A DNA stretch of 64,000 bases, taken from the NCBI GenBank assembly GCA_964529965.1, contig CAZHAD010000003.1:16660-80659 (forward strand). The letters run 5' to 3'. Of this stretch, positions 19,456-29,298 are shown one piece after another. This DNA comes from an uncultured Leptospirales bacterium. Lineage in GTDB: Bacteria; Spirochaetota; UBA4802; UBA5550. The notes beneath the pieces are model-generated. The model searched no databases and was not told the DNA's origin. It saw nothing but the letters and a program-made list of their open reading frames with translations. The position numbers and the translations under genes were made by a program. Position 1 is the first letter of the stretch. Each line of letters starts with the position of its first letter.

Positions 19456-20481
19456 CTATTCACCCAGCGCGACATGGCAGAGCTCGCTCATCATAATGGG
19501 AGCGATGCCGCGCTCGGCAACATGGTCCTTCATGGTATAGAAACAGGCGGGACAATTAAACACGCAGTACTTCGCCCCCGCCGCCTCCATATCGTCGATG
19601 TTTTTTTTCAACAGGTCATCGGCCAGCTCGTCCTTCTGCTGCGCCTGAATGGTGCCCGTGCAGCAGAGCGCGTTTTCCCTGTCGTACTCGCGCTTCACCC
19701 GGTCCGCGCCGATCCTCTCGAATATATCGTCGACCCAGTGCTGGGTCTCGGGTATGAGCCGGTTCGAGCAGGGGCGCTGGTAGGCGACCTTTGCATTAAG
19801 CGGGCGTATCCGGTCCTTCAGCTCGTCCAGCCTGCTGGTCAGGTATTCGAACAGGTGGACCGGCTTGAAGGGAACCTCGATGCCGTAGGCCGGCGCGAGA
19901 TGGGTGTAGGTCCCGTAGCATTCGTCGTGAAAGCAGATGAATTCGTCGACGCCGCTCTCATCGAGGTAATATTTACGGATGTTGTCAATTATAAGGGGAA
20001 GGCGCTCGCGGATCGACGAGCTCTTGGCGAAGTGGAGCCACATGATGTTGCAGAATACGTCGTACCCGCCGAACGCGGACGCCCCCTCGAAGAGCCTGCC
20101 GCGGATCGTGCCCTGCAGCAAGGGAAAGGCGCACATGTTCACCACGGGAGCCTTGAATTTCTGCGGCTTGATCCTTCCCCTGGGCCTCATGACGGCGAGC
20201 TGCTGCTCGGTCAGGGGGATGGGTACGGGCCACGTCTGTTTTTCCTCCTGGCGCTCCACTATCTTGTAAAAGGGATGGTTCCCGTTGGGGCAGTATTCCT
20301 CGCACGCGTAGCAGGTCGCGCAATCCGCAAGAACGCGTGAGTCTTCCCCCCTGACGAGCTTTCCCCACTCGTTCCTGGCCTGGTCCTTATCCATGTCCAT
20401 GTACTGGCATCTCATCATGCAATCTATCGTTTTGCACTTTTCGCAGATTGTTTCATTGAATTTCAATGTATACATATGCAT
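19456..20481 (-). CDS. (Fe-S)-binding protein, HdrD-like with CCG-type cysteine motifs
   Basis: CEKCKTIDCMMRC and CATCYACEEYCP motifs, with downstream CCTG and CPAC motifs. Similar architecture to 48170..49375. Confidence 0.7.
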   Translation of the reverse strand: MHMYTLKFNETICEKCKTIDCMMRCQYMDMDKDQARNEWGKLVRGEDSRVLADCATCYACEEYCPNGNHPFYKIVERQEEKQTWPVPIPLTEQQLAVMRPRGRIKPQKFKAPVVNMCAFPLLQGTIRGRLFEGASAFGGYDVFCNIMWLHFAKSSSIRERLPLIIDNIRKYYLDESGVDEFICFHDECYGTYTHLAPAYGIEVPFKPVHLFEYLTSRLDELKDRIRPLNAKVAYQRPCSNRLIPETQHWVDDIFERIGADRVKREYDRENALCCTGTIQAQQKDELADDLLKKNIDDMEAAGAKYCVFNCPACFYTMKDHVAERGIAPIMMSELCHVALGE

Positions 20482-20502
20482 GCTCCTTTATTTGCAGGCG
20501 AT

Positions 20503-21012
20503 CTATTTTTTCCTTTCCTGCTCCTCGAGAATAATGCTCGTCGCCATCCTCGCCGTCTCGCCGACCAGCGTCGAGCATTTCTCCATCATGCCCGCCTTGG
20601 CGGCCGCTTCAAGCTCGTCGGGGTCGTAGAGGTTGAAAAATCTGCCGAACGTCGATTTCTGGATATCCGCGCACCGCGCGGTCCCGTACTTCTCGACAAA
20701 CCGGTCGTGCAGCTTCTTCGCAAGAAGATTGGCCTTCACCAGCTTCCTCATGTCTCCGAAGTCCTTTTTCTCCCTTCCGAAGATATAGCTGATGGCCATG
20801 GCCCCGCCCGACAGTGCCCCGCAGTGGCCGTCGCCGGTCAATCCTACCCCGTCGGCCAGGCCGGTGCCCGCCTTGAACACGTCGTCATTCTCAATCCCAA
20901 GCGCGTCGAATACGCCCGCGATCGTGCATTGGGGGCACCCCCCTCCACGCATTTCATACTTTTTCGCGTTTTCAAACGCGATGCTTAATTTTTCTTCAGT
21001 TGATTGTTCCAT
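20503..21012 (-). CDS. C_GCAxxG_C_C family putative redox-active protein
   Basis: GGGCPQCTIAGVF ... GHCGALSGGAMAISYIFG ... C ... pattern typical of the family. Confidence 0.7.
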   Translation of the reverse strand: MEQSTEEKLSIAFENAKKYEMRGGGCPQCTIAGVFDALGIENDDVFKAGTGLADGVGLTGDGHCGALSGGAMAISYIFGREKKDFGDMRKLVKANLLAKKLHDRFVEKYGTARCADIQKSTFGRFFNLYDPDELEAAAKAGMMEKCSTLVGETARMATSIILEEQERKK

Positions 21013-21042
21013 TACAAGCTCCTTTCATAACGGTGTCACGGC

Positions 21043-21543
21043 TCACGCCTTCTCCATGGCGTCCATTATCAGCTCGCCCGCAAAGCGCGCCGCCTTTCCG
21101 GCGGGCATCCTGCATTTCCTGGCGGCATCCGACTTGACGAATTCATTCAGGTCGTTTGAATCGCCGAGGTCGAAGCTCCTCCCGAAAATGCGATGCTGGA
21201 CATCGCGGCAGTTGCAGCCGCCGAATTCCTTCTCGAATCGCCCGCATAGCTTCCTGGCCGCCCTGACGGCGCGCTGCAGGGATTCAACATCGTCATGTTT
21301 CTCCCTGCCCAGGGCCATGCCAAGGGCCATAAGCGCCCCGATGACCGCGCCGCATGTTTCTCCTCTGAGCGCGATTCCGGGCATGACGGTCGCGGCCTTA
21401 AGCGTCTGGGCGTCGCCCAGCCGGAACTCTTCCTGCAACGCCAGCAATGTTCCCTGCGCGCAGCTGCCGAAGAGCTCCTCGTAATCGCCCGCGCTTTGTT
21501 CAAGGCGCTTCAGCCTTTCTTCCCTTGTCAACTCATTATTCAT
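21043..21543 (-). CDS. C_GCAxxG_C_C family putative redox-active protein (paralogue)
   Basis: GSCAQGTLLAL ... ETCGAVIGALMALGMALG ... GGCNCRD ... CR pattern. Confidence 0.7.
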   Translation of the reverse strand: MNNELTREERLKRLEQSAGDYEELFGSCAQGTLLALQEEFRLGDAQTLKAATVMPGIALRGETCGAVIGALMALGMALGREKHDDVESLQRAVRAARKLCGRFEKEFGGCNCRDVQHRIFGRSFDLGDSNDLNEFVKSDAARKCRMPAGKAARFAGELIMDAMEKA

Positions 21544-22168
21544 GGGTTTGTTGGCTGTCCCCCATATGTAAAAGATTCAACAGCAGATCGAAGTACTTTT
21601 TTCTGTGCTCTTCAAGCTCGGCAGTGTTCCCGTTATCGGCCTTGAGAAGGCAAAGCTGCTGAAAGTAGTAGTTCATTGCGGCGTTGAGCAGCGCGGATAC
21701 GGTCTCGGGATCATGCGTGCCGAGCAGGCCCGTTTTCTGGATACTCCTGATGTGTTTCGTGCAGCTGTCCCTGTTTTCATCGAAATACCACTCCCGGTAA
21801 AACCGGCGGGCCTTGGGATTGCGCAGCATCTCGATCCACAGGATCCTGGTTATCGCCTCCATTCTCGGTTCCGAGAGTATTTGATTGCGGATTCTGAACG
21901 ATTCCTTGAATTTATCCCTCATACGATCAAAGGACCAATCCTGAACCGGCTCACCCTGAGGTTTGGTCTTGCTTATTTCGGTTTTATAGTATTCGAAAAT
22001 CGCGTCCAGAATCGCTTCCTTGCTCGGAAAGTGATTGTACAGGGAGCTCGTTTTAATTCCGGTAGCGCGTGCGATCTCCCTGATGGAAGTCTCATAAAAG
22101 CCCTTTTGTGAAAACAGATTGATGCTTGCATCAAGTATCTTTTCCTTTGTGCTTATCTGTTTATCCAT
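21536..22168 (-). CDS. TetR/AcrR family transcriptional regulator
   Basis: N-terminal HTH KEKILDASINLFSQKGFYETSIREIARATGIKTSSLYNHFPSKEAIL. Overlaps the next gene by 8 nt. Confidence 0.9.
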   Translation of the reverse strand: MDKQISTKEKILDASINLFSQKGFYETSIREIARATGIKTSSLYNHFPSKEAILDAIFEYYKTEISKTKPQGEPVQDWSFDRMRDKFKESFRIRNQILSEPRMEAITRILWIEMLRNPKARRFYREWYFDENRDSCTKHIRSIQKTGLLGTHDPETVSALLNAAMNYYFQQLCLLKADNGNTAELEEHRKKYFDLLLNLLHMGDSQQTHE

Positions 22169-22240
22169 TCAAAGGTTCTGTCGTCATGGATTTATATTTT
22201 ATTGAGTATCAACCCGAACGGCTCTGACAGGCCATCATCT

Positions 22241-22260
22241 AAACTAACGATCGATAGTTT
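22241..22260. promoter_or_regulatory. Candidate TetR operator (near-perfect 20-bp palindrome)
   Basis: AAACTAACGATCGATAGTTT has 18 of 20 positions palindromic. Lies 73-92 nt upstream of the TetR start codon. Confidence 0.45.
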
Positions 22261-22479
22261 GTCAAGTTTTTTTGCAAGGCGACAGTTGAATAATGCCTTG
22301 CAAAAATGGAACGCGCGCCCGCGAAGCCCGAAGACCGTATTTCCACACACAGCGAGCCAATATTATCGCGCGTTTATTTTGATAAAAGCGGCCGCATCGG
22401 TTTAATATGCCTTTGGATTCACATCAATGTGCCAATCCAAAGGGCCGAGATTACAATGACGCCACGCGCCGGTTGGAAA

Positions 22480-24564
22480 TTATAGGGAATAGAATCCCTT
22501 CCCTTCCCCGGCCAGCTTGGCCAGCAACGGTGAAGGTTCCCAGAATTCGGCTCCGACCATATCTCTGTATTTCAATACGGCATCGTAAACCGTTTTGAGA
22601 CCGATCTTATCGGCGTAAAACATCGGGCCGCCCAGATATACGGGAAATCCGTATCCGTAAATCCAGACAATGTCAACATCCAGCGGACGGGCGGCAATTC
22701 CTACATCCAGAATTTTCGCTCCTTCATTGATCATGGAAAAAATGGCGCGCTCAATAATTTCCTGATCGCTGATGACGCGCCGGGCTATGCCCCGCTCCTC
22801 AGAGTGCTTGATGATTAATTCATCGATCAGAGGATCGGGAGCCGGGGTGCGCTTGTCATCATACTTGTAGAAGCCGGCTCCGGTCTTCTGTCCGTAGCGT
22901 CCCATTTCGCAAATTTTATCCAGAATATTGTTGGCCTTTTCCCTGTCGGTGAGCTGGTCGAATTTGGCTTTGCGGTTGCGCCAGCCGATATCCAGACCGG
23001 CCATATCGCCCATGGCATAAGGTCCCATGGGGAAGCCGAAATCATAGATGACCTTGTCGATTTGCTGGGGTAATGCGCCTTCTTCCAGCATAAAACCGCA
23101 TTCACGCGTGCGCTTGGCCAGCATGCGGTTGCCGACAAATCCGTCGCAGACGCCGACCAGCACCGGGACTTTGCCGATTTTTTTCCCTGTTTTCATCGCA
23201 GTGGCGTAGACTTCAGGTGATGTCTTTGCACCCCGTACGTTTTCCAGAAGCTTCATGACATTTGCGGGGCTGAAAAAATGCATGCCCATGACGTCCTGCG
23301 GTCTTTTGGTGGATGCCGCGATTTCGTCGATATTGAGATAAGATGTGTTGGAGGCGAGAATGGCGCCCGGTTTACATACGGCTTCCAGCTTGGCGAACAC
23401 TTCCTTTTTTATGGCCATATCTTCGAAGACCGCTTCGATCACCAAGTCGACGTTCTTCAAATCATCATAAGAAAGAGTCGGCTTGATCAACGCCATCCTC
23501 TGATCCATATCTTCTTGTTTAAGAGAGCCTTTGGCCACGGTGTTGGCGTAGTTTTTACGTATGACGGCAAGGCCCTTATCCAGAAATTCCTGCTTAACTT
23601 CCAGAAGCACGACCGGTATGCCCACGTTGGCAAAACACATGGCGATCCCGCCGCCCATTGTGCCCGCGCCGAGAACGCCGATGGACTTGATCTCGCGGGT
23701 CGGCTGATCATCAGGCAGCCCGGGAATGCGCGCAACTTCGCGCTCGGCGAAGAATACATGTCTTTGCGCCTTGGACTGGGGAGAGGCCAGCAATTCGACG
23801 ATGAGCTCGCGTTCGCGCTTCATGCCATCGGCGAAAGACAGCTCCGCGGCCGCTTTAACGGCTTTGATGCAGTGGAACGGCGCTAAAAATCCGCGCTGCT
23901 TTTTGGCTATGCTCTTTGCGTATTCATCAAAGACGGCCGGGTTGTCGACCTTAACGTCCAGATCACTGACTTTTCGGACTGGACGTTTTTCGTCGATTAT
24001 CTTTTTGGCAAATACGAGTGCCGCGACCTTCAGATCCCCTTCCACGATTTCATCGATCAACCCCATCGATTGCGCCTTCTGCACGGAAATGGGGTTTCCC
24101 GAAACGATCATATCCAACGCCGTCTGCACACCGACGATACGCGGAAGACGCTGGGTGCCGCCGGCCCCTGGTAAAATACCCAGCTTTACCTCCGGCAATC
24201 CCACCTTGGCGCTTGCCACGGCAATGCGGTAATGACAGCCCAGGGCCACTTCCAACCCGCCTCCCAGAGCCGTGCCGTGAATGGCGGCTATCATCGGCTT
24301 TGACGAGTTTTCAATGAATTGGACAACATCCGGCAAAATGGGCTGCTGGACCGGTTTGCCGAATTCCCGGATGTCAGCTCCGGCAATGAAGGTACGCCCT
24401 TCACACCAGATGATCATGGCGGCGATGTCCTTATCGGCGAGACCTTTTTCGACCCCGTCCTTAATTCCGGCGCGAACCGCGTGGGCGAGCGCATTAACGG
24501 GAGGATTGTTTACTGAAATGACACCTACGTTACCCTGCTTGGAAAACGTTACAACTTCTGACAT
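22480..24564 (-). CDS. Bifunctional enoyl-CoA hydratase / 3-hydroxyacyl-CoA dehydrogenase (FadJ/FadB-like)
   Basis: N-terminal crotonase region (GVISVNNPPVNAL, FIAGADIREF) followed by the NAD-binding motif IGVLGAGTMGGGIA. ATG 24564 gives MSEVVTFSKQ. Confidence 0.85.
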   Translation of the reverse strand: MSEVVTFSKQGNVGVISVNNPPVNALAHAVRAGIKDGVEKGLADKDIAAMIIWCEGRTFIAGADIREFGKPVQQPILPDVVQFIENSSKPMIAAIHGTALGGGLEVALGCHYRIAVASAKVGLPEVKLGILPGAGGTQRLPRIVGVQTALDMIVSGNPISVQKAQSMGLIDEIVEGDLKVAALVFAKKIIDEKRPVRKVSDLDVKVDNPAVFDEYAKSIAKKQRGFLAPFHCIKAVKAAAELSFADGMKRERELIVELLASPQSKAQRHVFFAEREVARIPGLPDDQPTREIKSIGVLGAGTMGGGIAMCFANVGIPVVLLEVKQEFLDKGLAVIRKNYANTVAKGSLKQEDMDQRMALIKPTLSYDDLKNVDLVIEAVFEDMAIKKEVFAKLEAVCKPGAILASNTSYLNIDEIAASTKRPQDVMGMHFFSPANVMKLLENVRGAKTSPEVYATAMKTGKKIGKVPVLVGVCDGFVGNRMLAKRTRECGFMLEEGALPQQIDKVIYDFGFPMGPYAMGDMAGLDIGWRNRKAKFDQLTDREKANNILDKICEMGRYGQKTGAGFYKYDDKRTPAPDPLIDELIIKHSEERGIARRVISDQEIIERAIFSMINEGAKILDVGIAARPLDVDIVWIYGYGFPVYLGGPMFYADKIGLKTVYDAVLKYRDMVGAEFWEPSPLLAKLAGEGKGFYSL

Positions 24565-24810
24565 GGCTAATTCTCCTAAATCATTTTCTTGATCGCTTGA
24601 CATGAATTGTCTGGTTATGTAAAGATGATTTTTATGATACGCTAATTTAGTCAACCCGGATAACGATCGGCTCATTGCCGATAAAATGAATCAACTAAGT
24701 AAAGTCATTTTCCCCAAGACTATGAGAAAAGTCGAGCAGAGCAAATGGAATAATGCAAGACTGACTAAATAAAATATCGCGGAGGAAATTCGTACCATCC
24801 ACCTAATATT

Positions 24811-26175
24811 TTAAATGGCATACCTGTTGGTCAGACCGATCGCCGTGGTGTATCCCTGCCGGTAGACCCGCGCGGGCATGAGGCGGAGCACGTTGAGCGC
24901 ACCCCTGTCGACATTTGCCGGTATGAAATACGTAAACACCTCGGCGACGGTGAGCTGCGTGGTCCCCGCAATCGTGAGGGTGAATCCCATGCTCACGCTG
25001 AATGAATCAAGCGCGTCGTCAAGCTGGCTGCGCGCCCCGGGCCCCGCGCCGGACGAACGCCAGAGGAATCCCGCGCCCACGTTGAGGGGGACCCGCGCGA
25101 ACGTGTAGTCGAGGCCGACCCCGGCGTCAATGCCGCCCGCATAGCGCTTCTCCCTCCCCTGCATGTGTGCGAACTGGTTGAAGAAATAGGCTAATGAAAG
25201 GGAGGTCCTGATGCCGGCGGCTGCATATGAAGCTCCGAAGGCAGCAACCGCGGGGAGCTGCTCCTCCCACCTGTGGTTGTTCTTGAACCCGTGATCGATG
25301 AGCATGAAGACAAGGTCGTCGTGCGTTTTGGTGTCGAGCCGGAACGGCGCGTTCCACTCACCCTTGAGGCCGAGGGTCAGGCCGGCAGCGGGCCGCGCGC
25401 TTACGCCCGCGACGACGCCCTGGGAGAAACCCTGGCGGCGCGAGTGCATGTCGCTGCCGCCGGGGATGTAGCCGCCGTATGCTGCCCCGGGCCCCGGAGC
25501 GAACAGGCTTGCATCGTACACCGCCTCGCCCAGATAAAAGCGTATTCCCAAGGACACGGCCAGCACGCCCTTGATCACCTCATATGCGGCGTTGGCCTGC
25601 ACGGCGTATATCGAATAGGACCCCCTGAATTCGGACACTGCAAGGGACGTCGGACCACCGACCGGCCCCGGCGCGCCGAATGCGTTAAACAGGGCGTTGA
25701 CCGCGGGGCCGTATCCGTACGGAGCGCCTGCCAGGACGTCCAGCTCTTGAAGCCCCTGTTTAAACACCCGTTCGCCGTCGCTGCCGAAGCCGAGTCCGCA
25801 ACCGGAAAGGGCGAGCCTGCCGTATTTCAGCGCCAGATAGCCGTTAAGGGAATACCACGCGTGCTCCTCGCCGGAGTAGGACCTTCGTGACAGCCCCAGC
25901 GCGGCGCTCCGGCCGCTCACGACCTTGATCGGCTGGTAGATCACCTGATCGTTTAGGCTCGTGTATACGCCCTGCCGCATGAACGCGGTGCCCGCGGGGT
26001 TGAAATACGTGGCGTCGGGATCGGTGGACGCGTTCCTGTTGAGCGTCTTGCACCATTCGGCGCTCTGGTTCACGTTCATGTCCACGCCCCCGGCAACGGC
26101 CGTGCCGGCCGACAACAGCATGAACACGGCCAGATGTGGGGCGATTAATATATGCCGGTTAAACTGCATTGACAT
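24811..26175 (-). CDS. Outer-membrane beta-barrel transporter, FadL/TodX-like
   Basis: Signal peptide MSMQFNRHILIAPHLAVFMLLSAGTAVAGG. An N-terminal YFNPAG motif and Gly/aromatic-rich alternating strands. The family call is tentative. Confidence 0.55.
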   Translation of the reverse strand: MSMQFNRHILIAPHLAVFMLLSAGTAVAGGVDMNVNQSAEWCKTLNRNASTDPDATYFNPAGTAFMRQGVYTSLNDQVIYQPIKVVSGRSAALGLSRRSYSGEEHAWYSLNGYLALKYGRLALSGCGLGFGSDGERVFKQGLQELDVLAGAPYGYGPAVNALFNAFGAPGPVGGPTSLAVSEFRGSYSIYAVQANAAYEVIKGVLAVSLGIRFYLGEAVYDASLFAPGPGAAYGGYIPGGSDMHSRRQGFSQGVVAGVSARPAAGLTLGLKGEWNAPFRLDTKTHDDLVFMLIDHGFKNNHRWEEQLPAVAAFGASYAAAGIRTSLSLAYFFNQFAHMQGREKRYAGGIDAGVGLDYTFARVPLNVGAGFLWRSSGAGPGARSQLDDALDSFSVSMGFTLTIAGTTQLTVAEVFTYFIPANVDRGALNVLRLMPARVYRQGYTTAIGLTNRYAI

Positions 26176-26176
26176 G

Positions 26177-27844
26177 TTATATCATAGACCGGTATTCGGG
26201 AGTATACAGCATGGATTCGAGAAACGTACGTATGTCGCCCGGCTTCGCGATTTCCGATAATCCCTGCTCAAAAATCACTTCGCAGATACTTACTGCTGTA
26301 GCGATTTCGACGTCCAGGATGTCGGACTGGGAAGGATAAAGAGAGCCCGCGTCGAGCCCGGCCGGGCTCACCTGCTCCGCCACGCCGCGCGCCGCTGCTA
26401 TGAACATCTCGTCGGTCACCCGCTTCGCCTTTGTGGCGAACACCGCAAGCCCTATCGCCGGGAAGATGTACATGTTGTTCCCCTGTCCCGGCACCAGCGT
26501 CCTTTCACTGACCCTTACCGGCGGGAAGGGCACCCCGGCCGCATACAGCGCCTTCCCCTCCGACCACAGGTAAGCCTCTTCGGCGGTGCATTCCGCGCGA
26601 TCGGTGGGGTTCGAGAGCGCGAATATGACGGGCCGCCGGTTGATCCGGGCCATCGCTTCAATGACCTGCCTGGTGAAGGCCCCGCCGCGGGTGCTCACGC
26701 CGATAATGGCGGTCGGGGCGAGGGATTCGACGGAGGCCAGAAAATCGCGCGAGGGCGCATGTGGATGGGCATAGGGCTTCTGGAAATCGAGAAGGTCCGT
26801 CCTGCCCGATTCGATGAGGCCGTTGACGTCGAACAGGGATATGCGCGAGCGGGCCTGCTCCATGCTCAAGCCCTCCCGCGCCATGGCCATGGCGAGCAGG
26901 TCCGCGATGCCGATGCCGGCCGAGCCCGCGCCCATGATCAGGATTTTCTGTCCGCCCAGCCTGCCGCCGGCCACGCGAAGGGCGCTGAGCATTCCGGCGA
27001 GGACCATGGCGGCCGTGCCCTGGATATCGTCGTTGAAACAGCACGCCCGGTCCCGGTAGCGGGCCAGAAGGCGCATCGCGTCGACCCCTGCCCAGTCTTC
27101 AAAATGAATGCAGCAGTCAGGGAACTCCTCCTGCACCGCCGACACGAATTCATCCATGAATTCGTCCAGCTCATCCGCCGGGATGCGCGGCTGGCGGAGC
27201 CCCAGGTAGAGCGGATCCTCGATCAGCTCCCGGTTGGCCGTTCCGCAGTCGATGTGCATCGGAAGGAGAACGTGCGGCGGGACCGCGGCGCAGGCCGTAT
27301 ACAGGTGCAGCTTGCCGATCGGTATGCCCATGCCGTTTGCGCCCAGATCGCCGAGGCCGAGCACCCTGCCGCCGGACGACACGCAGATGACCCGCACCCC
27401 TTTCCCCGGCCAGTTGCGCAGGACCTCTCTCACGCGCCCCTTGTGCCTGATGGAGAGATACATCCCCCGAGGGCGGCGGAAGATATGCCCGAATTTCAGG
27501 CAGGCCTCCCCCACCGTAGGAGCGTACACGATGGGCAGGAAACGCACCGGGTCGGACATCAGGACCTTATAGAAAAGCGTCTCGTCCGTGTCGTGAAGGC
27601 CGGTGAGGTAAATGTAACGCCCCAGATCGGTCGCTTTGGTGTCCAGATGCTTCATGACGCGGCGGACCTGGATCTCCATTGTATCGATGCCCGAAGGAAG
27701 GAGTCCGTTCAATCCCAGCGCCTCACGCTCCATTTCGCTGAACGCGGTGGATTTGTTGATCTCAGGATCGCGAATCACGTCTATGCCGCGCTTTCCGCCG
27801 CTCGTATCTTTTTCAGGTCTAAACAGGTTTTTTCCCTTATCCAT
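26177..27844 (-). CDS. NAD(P)-dependent malic enzyme (oxaloacetate-decarboxylating malate dehydrogenase)
   Basis: 555 aa. N-terminus IRDPEINKSTAFSEMEREALGLNGLLP and the remaining colinear large-type malic enzyme sequence. Confidence 0.9.
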   Translation of the reverse strand: MDKGKNLFRPEKDTSGGKRGIDVIRDPEINKSTAFSEMEREALGLNGLLPSGIDTMEIQVRRVMKHLDTKATDLGRYIYLTGLHDTDETLFYKVLMSDPVRFLPIVYAPTVGEACLKFGHIFRRPRGMYLSIRHKGRVREVLRNWPGKGVRVICVSSGGRVLGLGDLGANGMGIPIGKLHLYTACAAVPPHVLLPMHIDCGTANRELIEDPLYLGLRQPRIPADELDEFMDEFVSAVQEEFPDCCIHFEDWAGVDAMRLLARYRDRACCFNDDIQGTAAMVLAGMLSALRVAGGRLGGQKILIMGAGSAGIGIADLLAMAMAREGLSMEQARSRISLFDVNGLIESGRTDLLDFQKPYAHPHAPSRDFLASVESLAPTAIIGVSTRGGAFTRQVIEAMARINRRPVIFALSNPTDRAECTAEEAYLWSEGKALYAAGVPFPPVRVSERTLVPGQGNNMYIFPAIGLAVFATKAKRVTDEMFIAAARGVAEQVSPAGLDAGSLYPSQSDILDVEIATAVSICEVIFEQGLSEIAKPGDIRTFLESMLYTPEYRSMI

Positions 27845-28502
27845 CGCGCACTATTTCATCTGACTCGTGAATAAAAACTCCACCACCTCTGTCATGAACC
27901 GCCCGAACCATCGCCCGCGCGACGGACTCGGCCCTGACGGGCGTGTAGGTCCTAAGCGGGCCCCGCATGAATACGTTCATGAACGGCGCCAAGGTCTTTA
28001 TTATATCCTCGCCCGGCCTTTTTTCGACGCGCTCGCCCAGCAGGAGGGAGGGCCTGAAGATGTGCATCGCCTCGAACCCGAGGCCCGCGATGTCCCGCTC
28101 GACCTCGCCCTTGACCCTGGTGTAAAAAATGCGGGAGCGGGAATCGGCACCTATCGAGGAGACCAGGAAATAGCGACGGGCACCCATCTCCCTGGCGATG
28201 CGCGCGGCCCTGACCGGGTATTCATAATCGACGCGCCTGAACATCTCCCTGGTTTTCGCCTTCGCCATCGTCGTGCCGAGGCAGCAGAATACGTCGTCCG
28301 AGGCGAAGAGCTCCCGGAAATCCTCAAGGCGATCGAAGTCGACCATATGAGGAAAAAGCCCGGGATGGACGGCGGGAATCTGTCGCCTGACCGGGACGAT
28401 CACCGATCCATACCAGTCATCTTTCAAAAGAAGGTCGAGAAGGAAACCGCCAATAAGCCCTGTGGCGCCGAGCAGAACCGCCTTTTTTTCATTCATGCGC
28501 AC
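27837..28502 (-). CDS. NAD(P)H-binding atypical SDR (NmrA/HTATIP2-like)
   Basis: KAVLLGATGLIGGFLL Rossmann motif. 8-nt overlap with the malic enzyme gene. Confidence 0.7.
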   Translation of the reverse strand: MRMNEKKAVLLGATGLIGGFLLDLLLKDDWYGSVIVPVRRQIPAVHPGLFPHMVDFDRLEDFRELFASDDVFCCLGTTMAKAKTREMFRRVDYEYPVRAARIAREMGARRYFLVSSIGADSRSRIFYTRVKGEVERDIAGLGFEAMHIFRPSLLLGERVEKRPGEDIIKTLAPFMNVFMRGPLRTYTPVRAESVARAMVRAVHDRGGGVFIHESDEIVRDG

Positions 28503-28547
28503 TACATCCTTGATTGCAGCTCATTGAAAAGCGACTCGGCCCTGCCG

Positions 28548-29162
28548 CTACTGGCGCGCGAGCCTGGCGGCGATCTGCGCCACGTGCCTCCCCTGGAACC
28601 TGGCGCCCGCAAGCTCGTTGCCGCTCGGCTGGCGCTCGCCCTTCCCCCCCGCGATCGTGGACGCCCCGTAGGGTGAGCAGCCCGTTATCTCGTCGATCCG
28701 CATCTGCTCCTGGAAGGCGTAGGGCAGGCCCACGATGATGAAGCCGAGATGCAGGAGCGTCGTGTGAAAGCTAAGAATGGTCGACTCCTGCCCGCCGTGC
28801 TGGGTCGCCGTGCTGGTGAACACGCTTCCGACCTTGCCGACGAACGTGCCCTTCTGCCAGAATTCGGCCGTGCCGTCGAGGAACACCCTCATCTGCCCAC
28901 ACATGTTGCCGTACCTGGTGGGGGCGCCGAATATGACGGCGTCCGCCCTGCCCAGGTCGTCGAGCGTCGCGACCGGCACGGACGCCATGGTCTTCTGGGC
29001 CGCGGCAATGCCGGTTTTTTCAAGGATATCCGCGGGAAGGATCTCCGGAACGCGCATCAAGACCGGCTCCGCGCCCTTCACCTCCTTTACGCCCTCGGTA
29101 ACCGCCTGGGCCATCCTGTATACGTGACCGTATGCCGAATAGAATAGGATCAGAATCTTCAT
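28548..29162 (-). CDS. wrbA: NAD(P)H:quinone oxidoreductase WrbA (flavodoxin-like)
   Basis: [21 protein letters not shown]...[11 protein letters not shown]...GGQESTI...[10 protein letters not shown], colinear with WrbA. Confidence 0.9.
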   Translation of the reverse strand: MKILILFYSAYGHVYRMAQAVTEGVKEVKGAEPVLMRVPEILPADILEKTGIAAAQKTMASVPVATLDDLGRADAVIFGAPTRYGNMCGQMRVFLDGTAEFWQKGTFVGKVGSVFTSTATQHGGQESTILSFHTTLLHLGFIIVGLPYAFQEQMRIDEITGCSPYGASTIAGGKGERQPSGNELAGARFQGRHVAQIAARLARQ

Positions 29163-29298
29163 GAATAATCCTCCTTGTGATGGTGGAAATGGCTATAACC
29201 CTTGTCTGATAATTAAAGATATACTTCCTACTCACCACAAACAAAAAAAATCACCGGGTTGCATTTAAAAATTATGCGGTCCGGTGCTCTCCCAATCC

